Counted from the stretch's first letter, positions 20,444-33,178 are shown. The stretch is 64,000 nt of DNA from Neodothiora populina (GCF_041146345.1 NW_027191413.1:806001-870000); one strand, 5' to 3'. Notes: generated from the letters alone by a model not told the origin. Numbers and translations are program-made.

Positions 20444-22284
20444 TTACAGACTCTGTCTACCCCTCGTCTCAAGCGGCAACAAGCACATGGCGACAAACGC
20501 AGCAAGGAACAACCCACCAGCGGCATAGATCGGCGCCGAAGGACTGGCATTACTGGCGTGGATAGCGACGATAGGCGCACAGAGACCCGCGATACGGTTC
20601 AGAAAGGACGAAATGCCCACGCCGGTGCCTCTGTTTGGCGCGGGGAAGACTTCAGGCGTAAAAGCGTAGAGGACGCCGTACATGATGTTCTGGAAGAAGG
20701 CCTCGAGGGACGAAAACGCGAGCTGGGTGCCGGAGTTTGTGCTTGTTGTGAACAGAAACAGAAATATGCCGCTGATGGCTGTTGCTGTCGCCATGCTGCC
20801 TTTGCGCCCGAAGTAGGGGATGTTGACCGTGTAGTATCCGATGAACGAACCGGGCACGCCGACGACCGAGGTGATGACGTAGTTGCGGTAGACGATGTTG
20901 GTGGGCGTCACGCCTCCTGCGCCGTTCTGCGCCAGATACTGAGGCAGGAAGGCGTTGAAGAGCGGGTAGCCCATTCCGATGGTCGCCCAGATGAACCACA
21001 GAAGGCAAGTCGTGACGGCGAGTTTCCAGCCTTCGAAGAGAGGTCCGACGCGCTTGGTCGAGAACTTGCTCAGATTGCGTTTGAGGATCTCGAGGGTGCT
21101 GAGCTTGTGGCTCTCACCGGCGACTTCGGGGTCTCCGCCGATCTGGTTCAGGATGTCCTCGGTCAACCAGGTCTTCTGCTTGTTATATGCTGCGATGGCG
21201 TGCACGACTCCCACGGCCTCGCTTTGCCGTCCGCGAGATAAGAGGAACTTGGGCGACTCGTGGAGGTTAAAGATGAAGAAGCGGCAGACGAACATGAGGA
21301 ATGTCAGAGCACCGAGCGTCAGGACGAGATATCTCCATCCCCAGTTGTCGGCCTTTGCGCATGTCGCTGCGGTAGAGTCGCACGAGAAGTTGGGGATGAA
21401 CGCCCATGCGAGCAGGGACGATATCAACTGACCCACAGGCCACCAGACCGAAAGCAGCGTAAGAAGGTTGTTCATGGAAAAGGGCAGGAACTCGAGGAAG
21501 AGTGCACCGTCGACGGGCAAATTACCGCCAACACCGAGTCCGACACAGGCGTAAAGTGCGCATACTCCAATCCAGTTGGGTGCGCCTCCGGCCGCAAGTC
21601 CAAAGATACCAGCGATACACAGAGTGCTGTTGAATGCGAGACGTCGGCCGATGACATCGGAGGCGACACCCCAGAAACTGGCACCGATACAAAGACCAAC
21701 GAATAGCGCAAGAGTGGTGTATCTGACATCGTTCGAGTCCACACCGAATTCAGCAGCGATAGGATCAAGAGTGAGTGCCACACCTTGCAGCCACAAGCTA
21801 AGGGTCACGAAGATCAGCATACTTTACCAATTGCTAGTCAAATGGACGACTCACTTATCAGCCAACCATCCAAATCCGCAAAGAATGAATAGTTCCCATT
21901 GGTATCTACCCATTCCCATGTCTGATAGAGCCTTGTTGATGACTCTGGATTTGCCTATAGTCACTGGCGTAAGCATTCCACAAAACAAAGTGGCCGAAGG
22001 GGACTCTGGGGTCAACGCTGAGCGCCCCACGCGAGAGAGCTGGGTCAGGACATACGGTCATAAGGCGTGTCATGCCCATCATGGCCAATGTCACTTAATA
22101 TGCCATCTCGCAAGTTTGCTATGCTCAGGCTAACAGCGTCATTACTCGAAATAGAGCCGCTGTCCGCGGCTTTCTCGTTATCTTGGAGCTTGTGCTCCAC
22201 CGGCATAGGGACGATCACATCTGTGTAATCAGTTTCGTCTTTGGAACTAAAGGCTTTCTTGAAGAAGGCCAGGGGCGAAGGCAT
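20444..22284 (-). CDS. MFS transporter (SV2/sugar-transporter-like), 3 exons
   Basis: Introns 21955-22055 and 21798-21854 restore KSRVINKALSDMGMGRYQWELFILCGFGWLADN|LWLQ. Motifs SDVIGRRLAFN, GGNLPVDG, ESPKFL, PEVFPAPNRGTG and LPLETRG. Confidence 0.92.
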
Positions 22285-24349
22285 AGTTGCTGTTTGGCGC
22301 GTAGGGATCAAAGTTCAATGTTGCTTTTGGCTCAGTATGATGATCAGGTAGTGTCGCAATGGGGTTCAATGAATGTGTCGCTGTGGGATTGCCTGGGATC
22401 GTCAAGGTAATGCTGCTTTGTTGCAATGGGATATTCCAGTGGTCGCAATGGGCTGGTCCGGTACGTATCACAAGTCCTTATGCAAGCAAAGTGCACACTC
22501 GTAGAGACAGGTTCGAGAGGTAGATATTTTCTTTCTGATTGGTCGATAGTCTGGGACTGTATATCGTATATCGTTGTAGCTGAATGGCGTTCGAGGCAGC
22601 GACAGCTATTCAGAAAGTTGATTGCTCCGTTCCAGGCTAGACAGCAAGATATAGAGAAAAAAGAAAAGGGAGAAAAGCCTTCCTCTCCCACGGTCATCAT
22701 ATTATATAAAAATCGAGGAAAAGCTTGTTGACCGGCAGAATGCCAAGCAGTGACTTTCTCGTTGCGTTGGTCATTGTCGTTTATATGTACCCACCTTGAC
22801 CTTGCGGATGCGACGTTGCTGCTAGGGTTTGGCAATGCTATATCTGTCGTGACTCCATACTTGCATTTGCTCTACAAGCAGTAGCTTGCCTATCTGCCCG
22901 GGCACCTCAACGTCAAAGGATTCCATTAGTCCTACCTTTATCTGCAAGGGCTGCTGGAGAAAGATTGGTAGTGGGGCAGAAAAGCGAATCCATGTTATAG
23001 AGTTCGTTGTACGGGTCGCTCCAATGGCGTCTTCGACCTGGACATTGTGACGATGTACCGGTAATCAAACGGGCACCGTCTCTGTCGATCGTCTCTCTCG
23101 ACAACTGCCCGAAGCATGGCAAGTACAGGGATTGACGTTATATCCTTCTGTCATAGTGTCCCTACCGAGTCACGAGGATCAAATGCAAGAAGTGCCCGAT
23201 TGCTGGGGATGTGCATCTGAGGTGGCGTGGGAGGTCCAGTATGGTCTTGGCATGCTCGGCATCGTTGCTCGATGCGTTCCTCTGCGGATCTCCTCGTAGC
23301 CTCCTACCAATTGGACGATTTTCGAGCTTTCACATTACGTACATTACAGCGAGTTGCCATGCAAAATTCTGTCGTCTTGAGCATGTGGATTGAAAATACA
23401 TTCCAGAGGCGTCGCAAACCTAGATTTTGTCCACCTTACAATACAAGGTTGTGGCTTAGAAATGACGATGCAGGCCGCTTGTTGCGTGTTGGCTCAGGTT
23501 CGTGGAAGCAGGCTCACGCACTAGCGAACGAGTACCTGAATCATGAAGGATTTTGTTTCGCTGGGGGCCGGCCGCACTAAAACCCACCGCGGGGCAAACT
23601 CGACAAATGCTCAAGAAGTCATTTGATGCAGACAGAAAGTGGAGTCAATAGTAGAGGGTGAGGGTTGTCCGGTATCCGTAAACCTAAGGTAGAAGTCCCT
23701 TCCAGAGATCTGAGCCGGCACAATCTAATTGCAGTATCGGATGCATATCAGCGTTGGCCGTTGGCTCGTGAAATGCATTGCGCAGTATATTGTTTTATCG
23801 ACGATGACAGAGCTGTGGGACAAGCTGTGGCCTTTGGTGCTTTGTCCACTCGTTTCACAGGATTGATCAAGATATTGATATTTCTTATACACGCTCCTTG
23901 TCGAGCAATTCAGTAGACTGTCTCCATCTTCGATCAGTGCAATGTCGCCTCGGATCTATTGCCGACCACCAATCAGCTCATGCCTGCAATGCGGTGTGCC
24001 TAACTTATGGAGTGCCTTGAGCGTAGTCGGTGCATGTTCGGCCCGGTATGATGGCTGGTAATGCTCAAGCTGCTGCTATAACGGACTATGCTGTGAGTAA
24101 GGAAGGTGGCGGTAAGTCTACTGTGAGGCTGTGGGCGTATAACGTAAGGTCGCCTTGTCTCCGATCTCGATCATAAAGCCACCAGTGGCGCCGCCCTACT
24201 GCTCTTACTTTGACGCACATACGGATTGACCAAATAGAGCGCCGAGGTGATCATCTTTCCAAGTGGGTATCATATGTAACAATCTATATCGAACGCCGTC
24301 GCTATGCAATCCACCAACGCCTATCGTACGCCTATCAGCAGCAAGGAGT

Positions 24350-25903
24350 TTACATCTCCATTTTGGTACCATCCATGAGTTCGTCAGCAGGGGCTTGCTT
24401 TCCTTCCTGTTCGATACCGATGTCACCATTGGGCAGGTTTCCAGCTACGTCGACTTGAATCCACCCTCTGATTGACCCATCGTTTGCAAAGATCTTGTCT
24501 GCGCCATCGTCTGTTCCATCGACCTCTCGATCCGCTGCGGTCGTGTCTGCAATAACGAGGCCGCTCTCTCTGAAGGTTTGGAGCACTGCTCTTGCGTTGA
24601 GCCTGAGCAGACGCTCAGGTTCCTCAGCCTTCATGAGTCTGCGAGTGATGTAGGGAAACAGGATACCGAAGTCAGACTGGGAGAAATGCTGGCTGCTGGC
24701 CGGATAGTAGCAGTGTGGCTCTCGGTTCTCGCCATCGTAGTTTGCTGGAGGGGTAATGGCTCTTTTCGCATCATTGCAGTTTCCCGCCCAGTTGAAAAAG
24801 CCTTGCGATAGTATACTAACAATAGCTCTTCCGCCGGGGCCACCAGGTGCATATGCAGGAAGTGGATTCTCCCATAACCACTTCTGAGAAGGGCTGCGAA
24901 GAGGAAGACACCAGAGGTCAAGTAACGCTATAGGTGTACTTGAGGTGATCTGCTTTGCAAGATCCGAATCAGGCTTTAGTTGGATTAGAGAATTGGCTGC
25001 TGCCTCGGGCTTATTCGTCCCATAGAAAACAGTCTTCAATAGCTGAATGGTTGTGCAAGCACCAAAGCTGTGACCCCCGAAGGCAATCTTTCCGGGTTCG
25101 TGAACATCAAGTTTGCCTGCAAATTGATCGAGGACTTCCTCACGTTTCTTGCGATCATGAGATGTGTTCTCATCGAGATTATCTACATGCTCCCCCTGGT
25201 CGACTTTGAGAAGTGCAGTATGAGCCATGGCAAGTTCCCATAGGCGCATTCTGAGCTGCTTGTCGCGTCCATCGTAGACATCCTGTGTTGGGGTATGGGG
25301 TAGATGCAATGCATCCACCGTCCTACTCTCGGTAGTCTTGGTTGCCCTTATGTATTGAATTGGTGAACTACCATCTCGGTGATCCATCGCGATGACAACG
25401 AGCCCGTGAGAGGACAGCGATCCGCAGATATGGGAGTACATGTTTCTAGACCCGGCCAGGCCATGGGAGAAGAACATGACTGGCCATCTCTGATTGGGTG
25501 TGGGTGGATCGAGTAGAGGTGCATTTCGAAGGGCTGGAATGGTGATATAATACAGCAGAGCAGGAAACAAACTAATGTTATTAGTGACCCGCGGGTTCCT
25601 AGAATATCCTTGCAAAACTTACGAGAAGATGCTAGCAAAAGTGGAACCTGCACCGAGGAACTTCGCAAAGGCAGTGATCGTTGGCCGCTGTGGCGAGGGA
25701 ATCCACCTCACAGGCCTTGTGGTAGGAGTCTGTTCGCAGGGATAAAATACGCGGAAGGCGATAGTCGAGGGAGCGGAGTCGGGAAGAGGGCTTGGGCTTG
25801 GTATATCTGCCGCCGGTATCTCGACATCTATCGTTCCCACACGGTAGGGACCAGTATACTCGGGGAAGGCAGGAGTCGGATTGAGCCGAGAGAATAGAGA
25901 CAT
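24350..25903 (-). CDS. Platelet-activating-factor acetylhydrolase family phospholipase (alpha/beta hydrolase), 2 exons
   Basis: YTGPYRVGT, PVMFFSHGLAGSRN, HRDGSSP, GHSFG nucleophile motif, LLDLW and HFSQSDF. Intron 25572-25622 joins the ORFs in frame. Confidence 0.9.
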
Positions 25904-27070
25904 GGCGAAGAGCGTACAAACAGTCGATAACGAAATGAAAGACTGAAATGAATAGTAAGGACGTCAAATGTGATAGGTGATGGTGGTAAAGAGAGAAATG
26001 GATTCCAGTAGAAGGTGCAAAGAGAATTTTCATGTGAAAGGAGATATTACGTCTGCGACGAGGAGTATAATTACAAGCACACGACACAAGGAGAGTTCTC
26101 GGCCGGTGAAATCGCCATTATCCGCGGCGGACATGACGTTTAGCACAACGACCCTCGGAGTTATTTTGAGACTAACCTTATTGGGAAAGTCTGCATGTGT
26201 CCAGCATAAAGAATGAATGGCCGACGCCAAAGGAATCATGAATAGCAAGTCGTATGGGCTTATGTTCGTGAAGACGATGGTTGATACAATACATCCGGCC
26301 TTTTAAGTGCTTACCTCGCGTTTGATAGTGGTTTGCGGTACTTTTGGGGTGATGCTCATCGTGGTCGTCGAGCCAGGCGAGTAAGCGCGGGTCGCCGATG
26401 ACCATTGTGCACGAGAGGATCGTTCCTATGAACCTTCGATTCGACTACAGTGCTTTAACTGTTGCGCTTTCTTGAGGTAGCTGTAGCGAGATAGGGAGAC
26501 GTAATGTCGACGGATATCGGACGCGAAGTGAGGGAAAATCTGTGAGCTGCGAGCAATGGAAGATATATATCTTCGATTTGAGAAGCTCGGAAGTAAGGTC
26601 CAAGATGGTCCTTCGAAGCCTGCCACGCTGCAGTAGCAGTCAAGCCATGCCATGCTTACAAGCATGTTGGCGTCGATAGTGTTGGCATCACAGTGAAGCA
26701 AGCTGTAGAGCTTTCCTCGGAATGAGTAATTTGTAGAATGAAAGATGGAGTCTCCCGAACCAACGAAAGACGAGATGATGAACATGCGGAGACGAGGAGT
26801 TGGCGCCTGGGGTGTACGGCACGTGCGCCCGCATGGTTTACCTTAGCTCCCGCCGTCATAGTCTCAGCGACTTATCATGTTGCTGTATCACAGTACGCTA
26901 CCCGGGACCTAGTCCTTATCTCAAGTCGTGCCATGATAGAAGCGTAACGTCTATAAAACCAAAGGCGGTCAGCGGCAGGTCTTCTCATGCTTGTCCCGCA
27001 GGTCAAGATCTGACATACTCAGCTTCAAGTCATCGAAACACAGGACTGTCAAGTCTAAGACTCAATCATC

Positions 27071-28096
27071 ATGGTCCGTCACCGCCGACCCTCGACGTCC
27101 TCGTCGGCCACCAATAACCACTCACACTCTCCGACTCGCGCTTCCCATTCTCCCGTCCGTAACCATCAAGAGCTCGGCAGTATGTACGACTACCTCGCCA
27201 AGATAATCCTGCTAGGTCCGTCCAACACGGGCAAGTCGTGTCTCCTACATCGCTTCGTCAAGTCAGAATGGCGCATCCTGTCCTCTCAAACAATCGGCGT
27301 GGAGTTTGCTTCCAAGATCGTGAAAGTTGGCACTGGGTCTCGTCGCAAGCGAATAAAGCTCCAGCTCTGGGATACGGCTGGAACTGAGCGTTTCCGAAGT
27401 GTCAGCCGGAGCTATTATCGTGGTGCAGCTGGTGCTTTGCTCGTTTATGATGTGAGCTCTAGAGCGACCTTTGACGGGTTGAGGACATTCCTGGATGATG
27501 CACGAGCACTGGCTAGTCCCGAGCTGGTGGTCATGCTGGTTGGAAACAAGTCTGATCTGGCTGAGGAGAATCGCGATGACCAGGAGGACTCGAGCTTGAT
27601 TGAACACAGCACAACTACACCTTCAAGTCTCGACAGCAAAAGCAGTAGCTACCCGTGGGGCAGTGTGAGCAGCAGAAATATGGGACCAAGGATGGGAAGT
27701 CATATGAGAGCAACGGTGGCCGAGGGGAGGGAGGTCGGGCCAGAGGAAGCAAGTCGTTGGGCTTCGAGGAATGCTATACCTGTCAATGCTGAAGTCTCTG
27801 CCCTCTCGGGAGAAGGTGTCGATGAGATCTTTAACAAGCTTGCCCGAACGATCCTTACCAGGATTGAACTCGGGGAAATCGATCCAGACGATCCTATGAG
27901 TGGTATCCAATACGGAGACAGTGGAGGATGGGGTGGCACTGATGATAGTGGCAGTATAAAGAGCAATCTTGTTGATGGCGATACCAGAAGGAGGAGAGGC
28001 CGGAAGAGAGGAGGAACAAATAATTGGTCCACTGGTCTCATGGAGTGGGAAGAGGTTTTCAAGCTCGCTCCGTCAAGAAATAGGACTTGCTGCTGA
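27071..28096 (+). CDS. Rab4-like small GTPase
   Basis: YDYLAKIILLGPSNTGKS, TIGVEF, LQLWDTAGTERFRSVSRSYYRGA, GNKSDL, EVSAL and a C-terminal CC prenylation motif. Intronless. Confidence 0.9.
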   Translation: MVRHRRPSTSSSATNNHSHSPTRASHSPVRNHQELGSMYDYLAKIILLGPSNTGKSCLLHRFVKSEWRILSSQTIGVEFASKIVKVGTGSRRKRIKLQLWDTAGTERFRSVSRSYYRGAAGALLVYDVSSRATFDGLRTFLDDARALASPELVVMLVGNKSDLAEENRDDQEDSSLIEHSTTTPSSLDSKSSSYPWGSVSSRNMGPRMGSHMRATVAEGREVGPEEASRWASRNAIPVNAEVSALSGEGVDEIFNKLARTILTRIELGEIDPDDPMSGIQYGDSGGWGGTDDSGSIKSNLVDGDTRRRRGRKRGGTNNWSTGLMEWEEVFKLAPSRNRTCC

Positions 28097-28404
28097 TCGC
28101 TCTTTCCGCTTTCATACATACCTTACATTCAGCTGCTGTCGCATTGCGGGCAATGCTATAAACTCAGCAGTAACACTTATACGAAAATTGATCGATAACT
28201 CATAATCATAATTCATAATTAGGTATCTACTACGGCCACCGGCTATCAGACAGCCTATAAGGACTGTTCCATATCTCTATTCGACAATTGAATATTACCG
28301 TCAGTTTGCCGCTGAATACATCTCGTCATGCGAAAGAAAGTACAAACGCTCTAGAAGTCACTTTGTTCCTCGTTCCTCGTTCCTCATCATTGACCATCCC
28401 AAGC

Positions 28405-30465
28405 TCAACTCCATGCTCCATTCGGTATGTATTGATCGATGAACACAGACTCCACTCCGCAGCAGCCATAGTCGTCCGCGTCCTTGACAATATGCTCTCT
28501 AGTGCGCATATCCTTCTGCTCGCTGTCCACATTCGTCGGGTGACATGGAACCTCCTGCGCCTCTAACACCGCTTCGTGATCTGCTTCGCCAGACTGCACG
28601 AAGCTCTGCGTTTCATTGCCATCCGGCACATCCTGCTCATCTTCGCCCGGGCGCTCTTCGCAGATATCCGCGTCAGTACGAATCGATGCATCGAGGACCA
28701 CATGTCCAAGCTCGTCTTCTGCGGCGTTGCTTGCGTCGCTTTGCCATTCTTTTGCATTATTGGGCGTCGGGGTCTCAGATCTTTCGTAAGTCTCCACGAC
28801 CAGCTCGTAGTCCGTGTGCAATGCAATAGGTACCGCAACGTCTTGCAGTGCATCTTCGGCTACTACAGTGGTATGGACTTCTTCGCGTTCGGGCGTAATG
28901 GCGGCAGAGGGCTTTATTGGATATGGAATGGCTGAAGTAGGCTCAAAAGTCGAGACCATGGGCGGTAGCAGGGAGTCTTGCTCAGCATAGTCAGTAAGAT
29001 CGACGAGGTGGTCCAGAGTGTCGCTAGCAACAGTGCTTGGTGCAGAAAAGCTGGTTTCTGCTCCTAAAGCATTACCAGTACTTCGGAGAGTATCCGACTT
29101 CTGTATACCCAGCCCATGAATTGTCGAGAAGAAGATCGTGATGATCAGAAACCCTACGGCGATGTTTCGTCTATCTTGTGCCAATAAATAGATATAGTTC
29201 TTGAGGAGAACACTGAGCGGTATGTCTTTCGTCGTGTATACCGAGGGAAGATGCTGCTCTCGATAAACTGGTTTCTTGACCATTGGTGAGCTTGTGAGCG
29301 GCTTTCCGGTTTTGGGCAAATTCTTGGTGGGCTTCTTAGAGGGATCATGGCCTAATGGTGTCGCTACCGGTGCTTCTTCGACCGGTATTGGATCCGACCT
29401 TACTTCCTCTCGGAATGGCTCCTCGGTGTGGGTTTCCGTGTTCCTTGTAGCTCTATGCAATCCCTCGATGGCTTCGTCGTCTTCTACCTCTTGCGCCACA
29501 TCCAGTCTTCTCCTTATAGCTTCGTTGATGAAGGGGCGAACCTCGACATCTACCTTTTCCATTTGCCACCATGCTGCTTCCCATGCCCCTGATCCAAGCA
29601 TACCATTGGAAGCGTAGACCTTGATGTCCCACCTCCTCTCTATACTTCGACTGAAACACTCTGCATCCCCACAAGTAGTGCATACGTCTTCGCTGCGCCT
29701 TATGTTGCGGCTAGCGTAGCCGCTATCATCGTTGCATCCTGACTCATGATCAGCATCGTGTTGACTCTCAGAACTTTCGAGATCCAAAGAATCAATGATG
29801 CTTTTTTCTAGCAAGTCGAAGTCTTCCTGAGGATGCGGGATCAGGAGACCTCTTTGCAATATAAGTTTTGTGATGCGATCTTTTAGTAAAAGCAGGTCGT
29901 CCATCATGTTCTTGGGAAGGACCTTTTTTACCGTATCTAGGCTCCATGGAAATTCACCGGGTAAAAGACTGATATGTAACAAGACCAGGGCACCTTGGAG
30001 CGACTGCGCTTCGTCGTGTCTATCCCTTGTTCTTGGTCTCGGACTTGCTCGCACCCCAGCTGATCTTCTAGAACTGCCTGTCCTGTAATTGACCCGTGGA
30101 GGGAGGCGATCCGACGGACCATGCCCTCTACTGACCGCTGACGAGCGCAGAAATGGTCGTGGCTCCTTAGTGGGTGTGTATTGCATTTCACTTTCCGAGG
30201 CATGAGCCGACGACGGTAGAGAAGAGACAGACGTTGCTGTTATATTTGGAATGCCCCGTCGCAGTGGGGTTGTTCGATCGTCATTATTACCAAGAAAGTC
30301 GCGGTCCTGATCGACATACTGCCTATAGGGGCTCGTCTCTGTCTCCTCAGTCCCTTCAACTGGAGAATCAATCCTGATGCTTGCATTGAACTCGGGAGGG
30401 CCATCGCTTGTATCATCACTGTAGATTGTAAAGGGCGTCCGTTGCATATCACCCTTGGCACCCAT
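28405..30465 (-). CDS. Fungal protein of unknown function with one predicted TM helix
   Basis: Long uninterrupted ORF (first ATG 30465) with an ordered core (LVLLHISLLP...GLLIPHPQEDFDLLE...CTTCG...WDIKVYASNGM...AWEAAWWQMEKVDVEV), a hydrophobic NIAVGFLIITIFF segment and an acidic tail. Confidence 0.75.
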   Translation of the reverse strand: MGAKGDMQRTPFTIYSDDTSDGPPEFNASIRIDSPVEGTEETETSPYRQYVDQDRDFLGNNDDRTTPLRRGIPNITATSVSSLPSSAHASESEMQYTPTKEPRPFLRSSAVSRGHGPSDRLPPRVNYRTGSSRRSAGVRASPRPRTRDRHDEAQSLQGALVLLHISLLPGEFPWSLDTVKKVLPKNMMDDLLLLKDRITKLILQRGLLIPHPQEDFDLLEKSIIDSLDLESSESQHDADHESGCNDDSGYASRNIRRSEDVCTTCGDAECFSRSIERRWDIKVYASNGMLGSGAWEAAWWQMEKVDVEVRPFINEAIRRRLDVAQEVEDDEAIEGLHRATRNTETHTEEPFREEVRSDPIPVEEAPVATPLGHDPSKKPTKNLPKTGKPLTSSPMVKKPVYREQHLPSVYTTKDIPLSVLLKNYIYLLAQDRRNIAVGFLIITIFFSTIHGLGIQKSDTLRSTGNALGAETSFSAPSTVASDTLDHLVDLTDYAEQDSLLPPMVSTFEPTSAIPYPIKPSAAITPEREEVHTTVVAEDALQDVAVPIALHTDYELVVETYERSETPTPNNAKEWQSDASNAAEDELGHVVLDASIRTDADICEERPGEDEQDVPDGNETQSFVQSGEADHEAVLEAQEVPCHPTNVDSEQKDMRTREHIVKDADDYGCCGVESVFIDQYIPNGAWS

Positions 30466-30793
30466 GATGGCCCGGTAGGACTCGTGAGTGATTAGTGAAG
30501 CCAACAGCAGCCGTTATGCGTCGAAAAACGGGAGTGGTTATGGAGATGGCAAAGCTGGAGAAGTCTGTTCTATGATAATCCGCTTGTTGGCACACGCAAA
30601 TAGTAAAGGCGGCGTTGCTGGGGCACCGTATATACCATGCCGTAGCAATCTAAAGTCCGCGGCTTTTTAACTCCGAATAACCACCCGAGTGGTCGCATTC
30701 GGTAGTGGTCGATTGAAGATAACTCTGCATGATGATTAGGACAAACGGCCTACGACAGCGCCTACTGCACATAATAGGTGGGTTGAAATCGAC

Positions 30794-30796
<3 letters not shown>

Positions 30797-30824
<28 letters not shown>
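30797..30824. repeat. (TA)14 microsatellite
   Basis: Direct reading; immediately downstream of the stop codon at 30827 on the minus strand. Confidence 0.92.
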
Positions 30825-30826
30825 CT

Positions 30827-32456
30827 TTAAATATGATTCGTGAGCTTAAGGTCTCTGATCGTGACCGTCGGAATCGATCGCGTACTCCTTTCAAGATCAA
30901 TATCAGTCTCTGGTAACAATAGATTCGGCTCGCTTTGTACTTCGCCATTCGAGTCCCGGCGTTTATGCCATTCTATTTTCGCACTCTCGAGATCCTCCCA
31001 TGTTTCCGACGGAGCGTGGGCGTGACGCGTGTCATATTGACCTGTGCTCCATTGCGACAATGGCTGTGGACGTTTTCCGACATCAGAGCTTAATTGCGTA
31101 ACCACCTGTGGGAATTGGTGAATGACTGCCACTGTTGAGATGGACTTGTCCTGTGAGTCCATCTCTCGGTCAATCTTTTTAGTTACATGGGATGTCTCGG
31201 GCCAGGTCACTTCCGATTCGCAAACCGAGTTCGCGGTCGATTTTGTGCCTCCTGTCGCCGCAATGTGGGCATTATATGGGTAGCCATACGCAGCGAAATC
31301 CCCTTGCTTCTTCGTGTTCAGGGCTATATCTGAGGATTTTGCAATCGAAGGCTCGGGACGTTTGCTGAAGTATGTTGCTCTGGCCAAGCGATGCAACCAT
31401 CGCCAACCAAGTGCTACTTTTGCCGAGAGAATTCTGAGGAGCGGTCTTAGTGTCGCTAAAGATCCTGCTGTATTCCTAGGCCTGCTTCGGCTTGCGAAAG
31501 CTGGGCATGTGTGAACATGTTTCCAAGGAAGTGGATTGTTTTGTCGTGCAGAATATGGATGAGTGCTATGCGGACTAGGGCAGCTATGCTGCCGAGGGTG
31601 CCCAGAGAAAGGATGAAGCACACCGATACTCGAATCCGCAATGGCATGTTGAGTTTAGGGATCATAGCGATAGGTAGTAATGCGAATAGCCAATCTGTGA
31701 GTGCGCCTAGGATCGAACCGGAATAGAGGAGTGCTTCGGTAGTCCGCTGACTCATGCATTGACCTCTCAGCAGGTTGGCTGAGAAGTGCCTTGGATCACC
31801 ACATTCGAAAACTACAAGAACATCAGTCACGAGTCCAGAAATGCGGAAATAAAAAGGTCCTTACTCATCACAAACATAAATGCAATGGAGAACAAAGTAT
31901 AGATCGTTATACTGACTTGTATGACCTAGTCTACGTTAGATGATTGAGTCTCGCTTCGAGAGAGAATTAAAAATACCTTCTTTTGCCATGTAGCCGTGAC
32001 TACTCGGATATAGAATATAGCCAGAGAAATTTTGAGTAGTATCATAGTGCATGTGCCGATCGCCATATCATACGTCCAAAGCTTGAGGTTCCCAGTACGT
32101 TTCCAGCAAGCATACTTTCTTATAACTTACCTGCAGAATGTCGGATACTAGGTCCGGATCTGATGCGCCGTTCAGCATCTCGTAAGACGCCGCAAAGTTC
32201 ACACCCGACATGGCAGTGAAGCAAAACTGTTCTTGGGTCAATATGTGCCTCCAGCGAGCAGCCTCATCTTTCTTACGAGGCTTAACGCCATGGCAGCGTC
32301 ATCCCAACCAAGTGCTTTGAGTAATAGGCTTCGAACATAAATTCTCAGAGCTACTGCAGTCCAACATAGACCGATGAGAACACCTGTCGTAACGATCAAC
32401 CTGTTGGCTTGATCGAAATCTACCAGAGCTGCGGATGACTTTCCCCTTAGGGTATA
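30827..32456 (-). pseudogene. PTH11-like (rhodopsin-domain) integral membrane protein, frameshifted; pseudogene or assembly error
   Basis: Introns 32227-32276, 32082-32130, 31926-31976 and 31812-31864 give ..AVALRIYVR..LGWDD..LLKISLAIFYIRV..FECGDP..TDWLFALLPI..KLNM..LGTLGSIAALVR..EAGLGI. The family motif (T)AGSLATLRPL continues only in another frame after 31470. No in-frame ATG precedes the first visible exon (TGA at 32457-32459). Confidence 0.75.
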
Positions 32457-33178
32457 TCAGCGTTCATAAGATGTCGAAGAGGATTTGGCTTGTCAGTAGC
32501 CTGAGTTTCAATGAGAACTGCCGATTGCTTATACGACCGCTGGCGGCATATGGGCTGCAGTGACTCGCCAATATGGCTCAGACTCGGCGACGCAATCGGC
32601 AACGTTGATCGGTCTATTTCCTGCCACAGATCTCAGTGTTCTGTCATGCCGTTGTCTTGCAGCGTCTTGTACCAATGATTCGAGCTAAGGGACAGTCTGG
32701 TTCGGCGTGCATCCACCGTTTTATGAATACCTTTAGATCGCGTTCTACCTGTTCGAGATCTGCGTTTTTCTTTTGAACATTTAAAGTCGTTCACTTAGAC
32801 TTGATTCTCTGTGTCATCGGTCTCATAGTCATTCGGACTAGATTTACCTCCAGGACGTGGGCTGTTCTCGATTTTAAGGAGTTCAACAAACCACTTGCCC
32901 CACTTCACTCCATTCAGCATCCGAAGAATGCGTGAATCTATACTGGATCGACCGGAATCGGTTCAGGCTGAGACTAGACCGTTATCATAGGTACAGGCAG
33001 AGACTATGAAAATGATCCAGCAGGACGGAGTATTACAAAGCTTTCTTGGAAAACCGTTTTGTCGACAAGGATGAGGCACTCGGGAATAGGCCATTAAATC
33101 TTGATATGATTATTCCCATGCAAGAACGATAATACATAGCATAAGTGACAGCAGAGTACATGGCTCGGTACTGTGATG

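Noticed and set aside
21955..22055. GC-rich MFS intron as a possible TPP riboswitch
   Set aside because: Lacks the conserved TPP aptamer sequences (CTGAGA and the GATnnnGnTAAT-like P4/P5 region).
22300..24340. Short ORFs in the 2-kb gap (also 32500-33850, 38600-40000 and 57700-59600)
   Set aside because: No domain-like content, codon bias, terminal repeats or transposase fragments seen; treated as promoter or intergenic DNA.
12915..25903. Possible metabolic gene cluster (arabinanase, acyltransferase, MFS, hydrolase)
   Set aside because: Interspersed with unrelated housekeeping genes; no backbone synthase or pathway-specific regulator.
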